Shown in pieces: positions 13,763-28,108 of a stretch of 64,000 nucleotides of DNA. The stretch's first letter is position 1, and the number at the start of each line of letters is the position of its first letter. The position numbers and the translations under genes were made by a program. The notes under the pieces are model-generated. The model had not been told where the DNA came from. It searched no databases and saw only the letters and a list, made by a program, of their open reading frames with translations. Origin of the DNA: Octopus vulgaris (Eukaryota); NCBI GenBank assembly GCA_951406725.2, contig OX597817.1, forward strand, positions 63,426,001 through 63,490,000, given 5' to 3'.

Positions 13763-15250
13763 AAGAAGTATTGATATTAATTTTTAAAAAATTAGTTTCA
13801 GAAAGCAGTCAGTTATTTCCATTGCATAATGGTTATGGTGGCGTCTTTGAAAGAAATGCAGTGGAATGTAAGAAGTGATACAGCTTCGGACTAAATGCCA
13901 GACAGCATTTAGATTCGTCCTTCCATGAAGTAATAGCAAATCGCATACGTGAGACCTTTTCCCTTCATCCCACCGGGGGCAGTAAAATATTACTAGGTAT
14001 GTTATGGGGTCCATTAATAGGTTAAAATCTTCCCGTATAAATTCGTAGATTTGTGCTAATGTAAAAAATCGTTAAGATTTGATGGTCTTCAATAGCAGAA
14101 ACAGAAGCAACGGAAAAATTGCCGAGTTGGTTTTCATTTCCTAAGTCTAGATTAATTAGAACCACTTGCATTAATTCAGTTATTGATACCTAATTCTTTA
14201 CAAAAATTGGCCTTGTGCCTAATCAGAGAAAATTGAAATGGTATTTAGTCATAGAATTTCTGACAGGAGATAGTGAGCCAGACTAGGTACGGCCTCTGGT
14301 TTGAGACCATCCCTTTCTACATTTACTGATGCAGTTGTTGTTAACCTCGAGTTCTATGAGAAAAGGAGTTCTAGCTACGAATGTAATGTGTATGTATTTC
14401 AAGCTCTATAACATCCAACATGCACTTGCCGTTCTACGAAAGCTTAGTAAAATCGCTCTAACCCTTTTATTGACATCGGTCAAATCGACGACACATTTTA
14501 CCGAGGCAAAAACAAAAGATTACTAAGATTTTGAAGACAATATGTCACGTGGTAGGAAAATGTCTGAAATACATTAATCAAGTAACCGTATCAAATTTCC
14601 AATGAAAACCTCTCGAGATACAAAACTACCATAAAACCTATTTCAGAAATGTTTTAAAAGTCACATCAATAATTGATTTTCGATGAGATTCTCACAAGCT
14701 TTACCAAAGCTTGTTTCCGATGGTTCTCAAGTAATGATGAAACTGCCCTTTCCGTTATCCTAGCAACTTACTGCTTCGTCACACATTTGGAGTAATACTA
14801 TCGTATTTGGAAAAGCTTCACAAACGTATTTTTCGTGCTGAAAAGTCTTACATCTTAGAAAGTTTGGTTTCCTTTATGATAATAAATCAAACATGACAAC
14901 AAAATTTATTAACCAATGTGTTATCATTTATATTTACATCTAATCGATTATGCAGGAAAAGTAGTAATCCCCTGGTGTATCTTCGTTCAAAGGAACTCGA
15001 TAAATCAGTGATGATGATGATGATGATAATAATAGTAATAATAATAATGATAATAATATCACAAATTTTACGGTCAATAGACCTTTCCTGAAAATGGCGA
15101 CAAATGTGTAATATAGCTTTTCAGTATATCAGAATATTATTGAAAATTTATTGCTATCTCAGTTTATTCTCGATATAGTTACTCATCTTAGGATTTATAA
15201 TATTACTTGGATACTGGTTCAAGTCGATGTATATATGTGTGTATGCATTT

Positions 15251-15768
<518 letters not shown>

Positions 15769-15794
15769 AATATGTTACAATTACTCAATAGTCA

Positions 15795-15857
15795 AGATAA
15801 AACTCTGAGTTTCAGATGCCGAAGTGGAAATCCACAACACCATCTCTTCGGTTATCT
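15795..15857 (-). ncRNA. Type I hammerhead-like motif with CCGAAGA core
   Basis: Minus strand AGATAA-CCGAAGA-GATG..GTGGA/TCCAC..CATC-T-GAA-ACTCAGAGT-T-TTATCT: 6-bp stem I, stem II, near-palindromic stem III, GUU triplet. Confidence 0.6.
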
Positions 15858-15939
15858 GGCCCACCCACCACACACATATATATATATATATAATATGTAT
15901 GTATGTACGTATCTATCTATCTATTTGTCTGTCAGTCTG

Positions 15940-15991
<52 letters not shown>

Positions 15992-15992
15992 A

Positions 15993-16088
<96 letters not shown>

Positions 16089-16124
16089 ATATATATATAT
16101 ATATATATATAATAATAAATATTT

Positions 16125-16405
16125 TAATTAAATTTAATTTATATAAATTATTTTATGTATTGGCTTAAGTCTTTCTTTGTTTGATTTGCATAATAGTGGT
16201 TTTGTCTCTAATTTAATATAATATATATTTTACTATAAAATATTCAATCCTAAATCTGATTTTTCCCTGTAAATTTGGATTTATTCCCTAAGTGGTTACT
16301 TTAATTAAATTTAATTTATATAAATTATTTTATGTATTGGCTTAAGTTTTTCTTTGTTTGATTTGCATAATAGTGGTTTTGTCTCTAATTTAATATAATA
16401 TATAT
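16125..16405. repeat. Partial tandem duplication (~100 bp, two copies) of an AT-rich repeat end flanked by (TA)n
   Basis: ttaattaaatttaatttatataaattattttatgtattggcttaagt...ataatagtggttttgtctctaatttaatata at ~16125 and ~16302; the same terminus is seen inverted at 63306-63335. Confidence 0.85.
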
Positions 16406-17070
16406 ATATATATATATAAATATCGAGAAAAAAGGAGACAGTAAGACATGCATGCTAAATGGCTTTGGTGACCATCAAGAGAGCTTCTTCATGGTCATTT
16501 TATTATTATTTTTTATTAATAGTAATGATGATGGATGAAGACGACACATTTACATTATATGGTTACTTTTATTTTGGAAAGTAGTTCCAATGTTAATCTG
16601 ATTTTTTTCTTCTTCCTCTCTCGTCTCCAAAACAAACAACGTTATTGAAAAGAAACATCTCTCTCTCTCTCACTTTCCCCTCTTTGCTTTTCCTCCCATT
16701 CTCAAAAAAAATATGAAACAAAAATTTCTCCTCTTCTAAACAAAGTAAAAAACATCTATAAAAGAACAAGTAAAAAACGGCACATAGCAGAACAAAGGAA
16801 CGCTCTGTTTTTATCGGTATCATTTTGATTTTAAATCTTACCTTGAAGAGTTCATTTAAACGAACGAAAACGCTAATAATAAAGAATTATATAATAAAGA
16901 ATTAACGCTTTTTCTCGAAATACAATATCTGTATACCACTTCTAACACTTTACATTCACACACACGCACATACCCCCCCACACACATAGGCCCACCCACA
17001 CAGGCCCACCCACACACATATATATAATATGTATGTACGTATCTATCTATCTATTTGTCTGTCAGTCTGT

Positions 17071-17160
<90 letters not shown>

Positions 17161-17174
17161 GCCTGCCTGCCTGC

Positions 17175-17282
<108 letters not shown>

Positions 17283-17955
17283 TAGAATATGGCATTTGGA
17301 CGACGAATTGATAGTGTCTTCGATTCTCAATGATAGGTTTGATAGTTCTGATTTCGGAAAACGGATAAGAATTATCAAACCTATAATTGAGTTTGTTACT
17401 CCTGTCACAGTCTCCACAGTCTCACGGTAAGATTCCCCGAAAACTGAGTTTGTAACTCTAATCGGATAAGATGGAGAAACGTATAGACATAATTCGTGGG
17501 TCTTTGTATGGTCCCTGATATCAGGGATCAGCAACTGCGCAGTTCTTCACCAGGGTGCAGGACTGGACAAGATTTTTTTTAAATGGATTACTGGCATTCG
17601 TTCATGGATGCAAATCTTTTTATTCCATACCATCTATGTTATCAAAGAGGAAGACAACGGCCGATACAACTTAGCAACAAATTTCGTCACAGGGATTACG
17701 TCAGAAAGGCAATAAACCGGAAAAGACAGAGCAATAGATCTCGTTTAACCTGCTATCAATTCAGTCAACCTACTTATTGGCGTAAAAAGGATGAAATTCA
17801 AAGTCGAACTTAGTGATATGTGAAATGAGTGCGCAGCGAGCTGGAACAAATTGTGCGTGACATTGTGTCTGATAATCTAACAACTTGATTACGTTGAATA
17901 ATTATGGATTATGATTTGTCCATAATTATGTATGTATGAATATATACATATATAT

Positions 17956-19010
17956 GTAATCTCTGTGACGAAATTTGTTGCTAAGTTTATAGCCCGTTGT
18001 CTTCCTCAAATTATTTTCGGGAACGGAACTAGCTCTTCTTTCCAGTAAGATAAATATTTTTGTTAACATTTTCCAAATAAGACAGGTTAATTGAAAAATA
18101 GAACAAAGCAGTAAGTCACTGAAACTATGAATAGGACTCATTTCATCGTTTCTTTGAAACTATCGCAATCAGATAGGCTTTGATAAAGCTCGTAAAAATA
18201 TTATCGTTACTCCGTGGTCACACATTAATGTGATAATATAATTTGATTTTGTATTATTGGATTACCGGATAATATAATGAATTTTATACAAAAGTATTAT
18301 GAATTGCAACAGAGGAATTACCAGGACAAAAGTATTATGGATTGCTACAGAGGAATTACCAAGAAGACATATATGAATTTCAAGATTCTCATGCTAAAGT
18401 ATATACAAATTTCACATTTCTAAACTAACTATATGAACTATATTTGGAATACAAGACAATATAATGGATTTTAGATATAAATATGGATTATTGCAGAAGA
18501 ATAACCAAGGAAGTATATATGGATTTAAAGACTCACATCAATTTTTAATTTTTAATTTATCTTTCAAGCAAACACCATTTTGTAGTTTTACTTCAAATTA
18601 AAAAAAACAAAAAAACAAACTACCATTCGATATGTTATACAGAATTCAAGTTATATATCTCTGAAGAGCAGACGCGTTGTCTATAAATGCTTATCAATAT
18701 AGGATTTCATTATAGGGACAACTTTTCTGTGAAACGATCATAACATGCTTTAAATAATTAATTCAAAACTTGTAAACTGTCATATACATTATATATTTAT
18801 ACTTATAGATATTTGCATATATTTTTATACATATTTATATTTATTTATTTTGATTTTCTAATATTTATAATAATATATTATTAATATATATATATATAAT
18901 CGCTCGTATTAAATATATAAATACTTTAATAGTATTAATACTTTGATACAATAGAGCACTCAATATAAATTCAGTATATAATATTTTCATTGGATATATT
19001 TAACTAAAGA
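17956..19010 (+). mobile_element. Composite (TA)n-flanked insertion: copies of local DNA plus an AT-rich Penelope-like non-coding fragment with an HHR
   Basis: 17956-18007 is an inverted copy of 17647-17699; 18011-18237 is a direct copy of 19719-19945; internal ~36-nt tandem repeat at 18289-18362; HHR at 18661. Confidence 0.6.
18655..18745 (+). ncRNA. Hammerhead-like motif with long stem II, partly decayed
   Basis: CTGAAGA-GCAGA..GTTGTC-TATAAATG....CATTATAG-GGACAAC..TCTGT-GAA-ACGATCAT-A; stem I weak. Confidence 0.5.
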
Positions 19011-19016
19011 TTCATT

Positions 19017-19064
<48 letters not shown>

Positions 19065-19119
19065 ACCTATGTGTATGTGTGTGTGTGTGTGTATGTATGT
19101 ATGCATGTATGTATGTATG

Positions 19120-19150
<31 letters not shown>

Positions 19151-19287
19151 GTATGTAATTAAAGTAATTATTCATCATCACCGTAAAGGCAGTGTTATTA
19201 GAGCTAGCACCGGATACGCTGTCTGGCGATATACAGTGCGGTCTTCGGTCTGCTCAGTTGAAATTCCATCAAGAAACATTATTTTCT

Positions 19288-19420
19288 ACTCTAGGCACAA
19301 GGCCCGAAATTTGGGAAGAGGGGGCCCAGTCGATTACATCGACCCCCAGTAAGCAACTGGGACTTAATTTATCGACTCCGAAAGGATGAATGGCAACGTT
19401 GACCTCAGCGGAATTTGAAT
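19288..19420 (-). mobile_element. SINE family B fragment
   Basis: gtcgattacatcgaccccagt...ttaatttatcgac..gaaaggatgaa..gacctcagcggaatttgaa. Confidence 0.75.
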
Positions 19421-20224
19421 CCCCCTCCCCACCAAAAAATATTGAAAAAACCAATGGTAAAACACTAACTCAATAATAAACTTTATAAAGACTGTATCAC
19501 ATTGATATACTGAAAAAAATTCATTGAATATTAGTCATTTTCAGGAAGTGTTAATTAGTAATAAGTCCTATTCTTATTATCGATTTATAGAGCTATTTTG
19601 AGCGGAGTTGTCCACGAGCATTAGAAATGTTCTTATGTTACAGAGTTAATATAAAATGGAATAACAATGTTTCGACCTTTAATTTTGCTATTTGAAAATT
19701 ACAATACGAGTGATTGATTTATTTTCGGGAACGGAACCAGGTCTTCTTTCCAGTAAGATAAATATTTTTGCTAACATTTTCCAAATAAGACAGGTTAATT
19801 GAAAAATAGAACAAAGCAGTAAGTCACTGAAACTATGAATAGGACTCATTTCATCGTTTCTTCGAAACCATCGCAATCAGGCAGGCTTTGGTAAAGCTTG
19901 TAAAAATATTATCGTTACACCGTGGTTACACATTGATGTGATAATTAAAAATTCTTCTGTTTATAAACACACAGTGCGGTTTGAAAGAAGTTTTATGGTA
20001 GTTTTCTATCTTGAGATTTTCAATTACTAATTCGATAAGAATATTTCTTATCGTGTTGATTACCCTATCTCTGATGTTTTGTTGCTACTTAAAGTTTCTC
20101 CATACAGAGGCCAAGACCTAAAATTTGTGGAGAGATATTTAGGTGGTTCAAAGTACTTGACCGATACTTTATTGAATTGTTTGTTGAGGTTATCTCAACA
20201 GATTTCCCATAGAAATTATTGCCA

Positions 20225-20430
20225 GCGGCGAGCCGGCAGAATCGTTAGCCCGCCGGGCGAAATGCTTAGTGGTATTTCGTCTGCCGCTACGTTCTGAGTT
20301 CAAATTCTGCCGAGGTCGACTTTGCCTTTCATCCTTTCGGGGTCGATTAAATAAGTACCAGTTACGCTTTGGGGTCGATATAATCGACTTAATCCGTTTG
20401 TCTGTCCTTGTTCGTTCCCTCTGTGTTTGG
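20225..20430 (+). mobile_element. SINE family B copy
   Basis: gcggcgagccggcagaatcgttagcccgccgggcgaaatgcttag..gagttcaaattctgccgaggtcgactttgcctttcatcctttcggggtcgat. Confidence 0.85.
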
Positions 20431-21354
20431 CCAGCACTGATTTTGTTACGACATTTCGTATTCGAGCATACCTAACGTAAACATCAATGAGATGGAGGAT
20501 AAAAAATGGGTAATAGGTTAATATACCATATTTCAGGAGATTTTGCTTCTTCGTAAGCACCCATCCAACCCATTAGCCATCCATGAGCTCATTGCTTAAA
20601 TAGCCACTAAATTATTGTATCGATCTCGGTAGAATGAAAAGCAAAGTAGACCCTGGTTGGATTTGAACTCAGAACGTAAAAATCCAGAGTAAATACTTCA
20701 AAGTACTTTGACCGACACTCTAGTAATTCGGCTAATCCATCGCCGATATATTTTAGCATCAGTATACGCGTGCAGAATTTGTATGGCCTTTTAAACCGAC
20801 GCGTAATTATTTTACAAATTCCCTTAGGCCTGAAACAAAATATCGACTCCTGTACGAGAGAGAGATAGCGAGGAAGTCGCTAAGTGGTTGGTAGAAATAG
20901 CAGCTAAATCATCATCAGCTCAAGCATTACAGTTATAAAAAGGGAAGGACACATTTCATTAAAGAAAACCCAGGATAGTCACAGCTGGAACATCGTTGAT
21001 TATAAACCCATTTACATAGGGCTAACATACAGCTAAGAATAATGAACGTACAAATGTATGGTTAATAACAAGTCACGATAATGTATAGGCTTGAAAAAAC
21101 ACAGGACTGTCACGGTTGGAACTCCGTTGATTATAGGTTTATTCATACAAAGCAGGTATGCAACATTAAACATAGAAATGCATGGTCCAAATCAAACACC
21201 ATATACTGCCTAACCTGGTTCATAATGTTTTGCTCGTGATTTTATGTCTAAACACAGTCATAATTTCTCTTGAATAGAGTCAAGGCTCTATTTTGTTGAG
21301 AATGATGCATTGATAATTAAATTATTCAACAGGTACTTTGTTTGACCTAAATAT

Positions 21355-21674
21355 AAAAGCGTCGCCCTTTTCGATCCTAGCCAGGCTCATGGGCCCGGTT
21401 TTCCCGGTTTCTGTGGCGTATGTGTCCCCCCCCCCCAGCTGAACGGGACGCCAGTCCATCGCAGCATTACTCAAGAAACAGGAAGAGGGAATGGGAGAAA
21501 GTTGTGGCAAAAGAAGATGCTCAACAGGGGTCGCCACCTCCCCCTGCTGGAGATTCGTGGAGCTTTTAGGTGTTTTCGCTCAATAAACACACACAACGCC
21601 CGGTCTGGAAATCGAAACCGCGATCCTCCGACCGCGAGTCCGCTGCCCTAACCACTGGACCATTGCGCCTCCAC
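21355..21674 (-). mobile_element. SINE family C (tRNA-derived head)
   Basis: Minus strand gtggaggcgcaatggtccagtggttagggcagcggactcgcggtcggaggatcgcggtttcgatttccagacc (A and B boxes); related copies at 22165-22530 and 50210-50486. Confidence 0.85.
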
Positions 21675-21957
21675 GTTTGACCTAAAAATAATTGATAAAA
21701 ATCATAGTCAGCTCTGTATTTCCTTTCGTTGTTTCTGTTTCCACTAGTTCCAGCTACTTAGTGCCTTGACGGTTTTATTCATTGGCATCAACCCACGAAT
21801 CTGTTAGAGAAAGTTTGGCCGATTGAATCATTATATGCTAACAATATAAGCTAAAATGTCTAGTGCTTATTTTAATGACCCCAGTTGCATGAAAGGCAAA
21901 ATACACACATTGGTGTTTTGAAATCAGTATAGCAGGAAGAAACTGGTGTCAATAGTG

Positions 21958-22000
<43 letters not shown>

Positions 22001-22164
22001 AAGAAGAAGAAGAAGAAGAAGAAGAAGAAGATGCTCAACAAAAATTATGGTCTTCGAAATATGAATTAATAAACAAAATTGTATATGACCTGTTCCTGTA
22101 AGTTATAAACAATGAAGAAATATATAATTTGTGGTTATTCCTATAAAATCGTTACATGTTCATA

Positions 22165-22530
22165 AGCATATGCGTGGCACTCCGTCGAGAGTTCCAGTTG
22201 ATCCCATCAACGGAACAGCCTACTCGTGAAATTAACGTGCAAGTGGCTGAGCACCCCACAGACAAGCGTATCCTAAGCGTAGTTCTCGGGGAGGTTCAGC
22301 GTGACAAGGCTGGCCCTTTGAAATACAGGTACAACAGAAACATGAACAAAGAGTGAGAGAAAGTTGTGGTGAAAGTGTTCAGCAGGGTTCACCCACCCCT
22401 GCCGGAGCCTCGTGGAGTTTTAGATGTTTTAGCTAAATAGACACTCGCAACTCTGGTCTGGAAATCGAAACCGCGGACTTACGAACGCGTGTCCGCTGCC
22501 CTACAGTAACCACTGGGCCATTGCGCCTCA
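22165..22530 (-). mobile_element. SINE family C copy with a different 3' part
   Basis: Head homologous to 21530-21674. Confidence 0.75.
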
Positions 22531-22537
22531 ATAAGCA

Positions 22538-22803
<266 letters not shown>

Positions 22804-22804
<1 letters not shown>

Positions 22805-22876
22805 AGTTTCAGCTCACGAGCTGTGGCCATGCTGGGGCACCACCATTAAAATATGTTGCGCCCAACGTGGGGCAAC

Positions 22877-22884
<8 letters not shown>
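22804..22884 (-). mobile_element. Isolated CR1-group LINE 3' tip followed by a 13-bp-arm hairpin, inside (TA)n
   Basis: agtttcagctcacgagctgtggccatgctggggcaccacc matches 63541-63580; hairpin taaaatatgttgc/gcaacatatttta at 22847-22884. Confidence 0.7.
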
Positions 22885-22937
<53 letters not shown>

Positions 22938-24442
22938 TAGCTAGTGTACCGGGTAATTCCCGGGGGTAAATATGTTCTATTGAAACGCCTTATTACTCTG
23001 ATATAAGAAAGCAATTTGGTTATAATGCCACAAAAGGTGTATTTTCCGTCACGAAAATGTACAAAAACTCTCAGCTGGAGGAGGGAGAAATTGTTGGAGG
23101 TTGGCAAAAGAGGTTTTTCGGAGGTTAGCGAGAAAGATTGTCGGAGGTTTGTGAGAGAGGTTATATAAACATATGAATGAAGTGTTTGAAGAAAGTGCAA
23201 TAATAACATTCACACTCACTGATGGTCGCTCTCAGTAACTGCCTTTAGCTTACGGAGTTCTTGTTTTTATAACTATCAAAAAGCAGCCAGAAGATTAGAC
23301 ATTGTTGAGAACAAATGGTTTCGTTGGAGGTCTGTTATCTCCATTCCATCCAGTGGTGGCCTTGAAGAGGTTAGAAGGGTCAAGTGGCAAAGACATTATT
23401 CTGCTTAGCGAAGGCATCTGGGAAATGTATAACTGCTGTCATTCATAGAAAACTATTGTTTTACCGCGAGAAAAGCGCTGTTGAAGTGTTAAGTGAAATT
23501 CGGCAACCGAGGATCGAATCCACGCTATGCCTGTATGAAGCCACTACAAATATGTTATGGAATAAAAAATTTATCTGCTCTCATGGATAAAGTGTAACTG
23601 TAAAAATGCAGAATTATCAGAGTAATGGGCATATATATGTGTGTGTGTCCACAATATATGTATGTATATATACACCTGATGTATTTAATTTTGTGGAAAT
23701 ACCTACAAATTTTAAACAAAGTTTTTCAAACACACACACACACATGCTCACTTATGTGTTTATGTATATGCTTATGTAAATATGATGTATTTAATTTGTT
23801 TTTAATCGTAGCCAGGAGGACGTTGTAGAAATATTAGTGAAAGAAAATGGATGAGATAGTTAAAAAAGTTAGAGAAGCACTGTTGAAAACCGAAACACTT
23901 GCAATTAGAATAAAGCATTCTTTTAATTCCATGAAACGCCTACAGTGAATTATAACGTATGATCTGACAGTACAATACATCGTTTATGTGAGTGCTTCAC
24001 TTCAACACAATGTTTCTCTAACTATGAATTTATAAGTTGAAGTGAAGATTTTAAACACGAACCTATTAATAAGAAAAGTTGTATTGATGAAAACTATTAA
24101 AAGAAAACAAAAAAGAACAAAAAAACTTTTGTAAAATATATTTAAAATAAATTGATATAAAGTAGAATCCTAATTTTAAAAAAGAATTATAAAAAGCATG
24201 AAACTCCACATTAATTACTCGCAAATATTTACCACACAAAATTAAGATTTATTACTGTTTGTGGTTATGTTAAAAAATTGGTTACTATATTTCGTTTTTG
24301 GATTTGGTTTGCAAGATTCTTTATATGAGTTCGTGTGTTGAAGCATATTCTGTTATGTCTGGGGAGAGTCATTTTCTTTTTGTGCCTTATAATTTAACAC
24401 ACTCACCGGTAAAATTTCCACTTATTTCTTATTTTTATTTTT

Positions 24443-24478
24443 CTAAAATTTTCGTTGCGTCCTGCAACCTTTTCAATA
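24443..24478 (-). ncRNA. Minimal hammerhead-like motif, U3-A8 core
   Basis: Minus strand TA-TTGAAAA-G-GTTGC-aggac-GCAAC-GAA-AATT-T-TA; stem I truncated. Confidence 0.45.
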
Positions 24479-25273
24479 TGGTATTAACAATGTAATGTAA
24501 ATAGCAAAAATTTATTTTACAACTTTGAGTCCGTGCTTGCAAGGTTTTTATAGGTAATGCCAAAAGTTATAAAGTTAATGTACTTTAAAGTAGTATATGC
24601 AGAACCGGTAGAGCTCCGGAAAGAATGCTTTGTGGAATTTAATACGTTCTGTGATCCAGTCACTCAGAGGTCTCCTTCCTGATGAATCCCTTTAATATTA
24701 AACTACAAAGAATACTAGCCACATAATTTGACAGTCATTCCTCATTTTCCCACCCCAAATAATAAACAATGTATACATATTTAAAATATAGCTACAGGTG
24801 CCTCAAAACTAAATGCCAATTATTGCGTAAAATTTATAATGATTAACTATACAAGTAATTATCACAGACTTATTCTCCATAGTTTCGACAGCAAAACTAT
24901 GTAATGTCACTTGTTCTAAACAAAGAAATATGTATTACTCTAATGCGCACATCGAGTCTTTTTTCTTGTTTATACTTCTATTAGGTAGTATTTGTTCAAC
25001 AGTTTCTCATTCCCTCAAGACTCCTCAGTAAACTAAGCATACCAACTGAAAATAATTAGGTATAATAATGTATATGTGTGTGTGTGTGTATTATAGTATC
25101 AATATATATATATTGGTTATAATATCTCGAATATCATTATTATTATTGCACGATATCCAATCGTTTCATATCCGTACAAGTCCAGCCCTAACATCTCTTT
25201 CATTTCTATGGTAGTCACTAACATTCCGACAGCATTTATTACTCGCTGTTTGCTTCTTATCATCTTGCTCGAA

Positions 25274-25374
<101 letters not shown>

Positions 25375-25950
25375 ACGTGCATATGTGCATATGCATATAT
25401 AAATATAGTGTGTTTAATTGTTTGAATCGTAATCAGGGGTCACTGTAAAAGTATTATTGAAAGAAAATAGAGCTGATTTTGCTGTTGGCTATGAGGAATT
25501 AGAGTCTAACTGCTAATATAGCAGTCATATTAGCTACACATTCACGCAGCTGAGTTGTTGTCAGTGGTGACGCCTTGTCTAGGACCAGTCTGACTCTGGA
25601 AATGATGACAGTAGTAATTTAGTACTTGTGTTCATTCTTTTCTGTTAGAGTTCTCTATATCTTAGGTTACTTGTGTTCTCCATGGCTTGGAGCCCAACTT
25701 TCCCCGATAGGCAAAATGTGCTCTTGCGCACCAAGCCAGAAATTTCACCAAGCCAGTCCAATGACTTATATGTTCATGGCTTGTAAAATCATGAGCTGAA
25801 GGTGTTTTAGCACCGGCGACATGAGAGTTATACACTTCGCTACGCCATTGCAGCCACCGGAAAATACACAAGGCATATACATTAGTACATCAATGTATAA
25901 GAAACTCTTGCTTTTTGAATTTTAAAGAACATGTTGCTACGTAGAAACGC

Positions 25951-26022
<72 letters not shown>

Positions 26023-26329
26023 GCACGCACGCACGCACGCACACGCACACGCACACACACTCACACGCACACGCACGCGCAGACATATATGTATTTATAT
26101 CATATATATTGCATATTATATTATATATGTATATATATCATATATTATATAGATATGTAAATATATATGTATATATACAAACACCTGACAACTGATGAAG
26201 GGTCATTTTGTGTATTACTTGTCTTGTTTTCTATTTCTTTTCTCTCGTTGTTTGAGTATTAACTCATTTGTTTTCGTATTTCATGTTGTTTATTTTTGGT
26301 GATGTCCTGTACCCATATATACATGTATG

Positions 26330-26364
<35 letters not shown>

Positions 26365-27755
26365 GTGTGTGTGTGTATGTATATGTATATATATATATAC
26401 ACATGCACATATATATGTGTATATATACTTATACATATGTATAAATATATATATGTGTGTGTGTGGGTGGGTGGGTGTGTATGCGTGTATATACATGTAT
26501 GGGTCGGTATGTGTATGTAAAACTATTGAGTCAAAATGAGAGACAATCAATTCATGAAATTAAAAAAAATCCATCAGAAAACGAAGATAATTTAATTACA
26601 TTCCATGTTAAAAAAATTTTTTTTAACAATTCATCTTTTCCCTTAAGAATTTTGTGTTAGTTTTTGTTTTTCCTTAATATGAATTCACTGCTCTTTAATA
26701 TATTCTCCTTTTTGTATAATTTAATACAATGGTTTTTGGAATTGTGAAGAAATTGCTTTAATCGTACGAAATATTGAAAAAGAAATTAAAGAAGTTAAAT
26801 TGTGTGAAAAGTTATATTTTTGTAATGAACATTTCACTCTATGCTCACACACAAAAATAAATATACTCGGACAATGACGCATACACATATACACATACAG
26901 GAACACATATAAACACACATGCACACACACACACACACACAAACACACACAACTACACACATGCGTGTATACTCATACATTGACTCACACATGCAAATAC
27001 ATGCATACACATACGTGTACAAACATACATTCACACACAAATACACATACGTATATTATATACACGAACTCACACATACATACACGGACACATGTAGACA
27101 CGTAGCGTTAAAAGGATCACCGTCGGTTTCGACGATGAGTATTCTGTTTGTTCGATCAATTGAATTGCTTGCTCATTAAATTAGGGCATCAAGTGGTTGA
27201 GTATATGCCCGGCGAACAGCAAGGATGAAAACGATAAGTTACATAATATAGTGTGTTATGAACATACATATATGTGAAAGGAGAAATTGTTATATAATGT
27301 CAAAACAACAGCGATAAGGATACCCACATTCGAATCTGCCGGTTGGCAGAGAGCAGTACGTAACTTTAAATGATTTGCAAACAAAAGCCACAGACTCTTA
27401 TCAGATTGATTAGTACGGCATATATCTTGCTGAGGAAATGATGCCGAAACATCCCTTACGTTGTTCTAAACACCCCTTACGTTGTCCTAAACTCCCCTTA
27501 CGTTAATGAACCGAATGTGTTCTAAACACACATTCATCTGAAAAGACGAAATACAGCAGCAATTAGTTCGAATCTGCCAGAACGTATTAAGAATAAATAT
27601 GTGAGTCATAATTTTGATTTTCACTGTTTACCACGAACATGATGATTATTATTGGTTGGCAGGTATCAACACGTATCAATAAATAATTTTTAAATAGTTT
27701 GCTGAAGTTATGAACAAGAGTTCCAAACTCTTGTTAGATCCATTGGGCTGGGATG

Positions 27756-27796
27756 ACCTTGGCTGAGGAGAAACAAGGTTGTCGAAACACTAGGGT
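27756..27796 (+). ncRNA. Decayed hammerhead motif (stem III partly deleted)
   Basis: ACCTTGG-CTGAGGA-GAAAC-aag-GTTGTC-GAAACA-CTAGGGT; 7-bp stem I with G-U pairs. Confidence 0.45.
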
Positions 27797-28108
27797 AAGC
27801 CTTTGTTTTGATTCTAGCTGTTCATCGTACACATGATGATTTAACATTTAGTACCTTAGAATTTAATTAAACAAATTTCTCATTTGTATATTTGCAATAA
27901 ATATATATCATTATTATCCTAAATTTTATCAACAAACCGCAATCTACGCTATCAAGAAAACCTTTCTCTGCAACATTTCATTGGAGAGTATTTATTTTTC
28001 AGAAAGTTATCATTACCTACCTCTAAAAGTCGCAATTACACCAATTCCGCACCTATTGTGTTATATTCATTTGTACCTCTTTCTCAATATGTAAAGCGTG
28101 ACAGGAGA

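Noticed and set aside
21590-21674. tRNA-like sequence with A and B boxes
   Set aside because: Head of a multi-copy SINE, without a complete cloverleaf or acceptor stem; not called as a tRNA gene.
27452-27504. cccttacgttgt.ctaaac repeated about 2.5 times at a 21-nt period, superficially CRISPR-like
   Set aside because: A simple tandem repeat without unique spacers, in a eukaryotic context with no cas genes.
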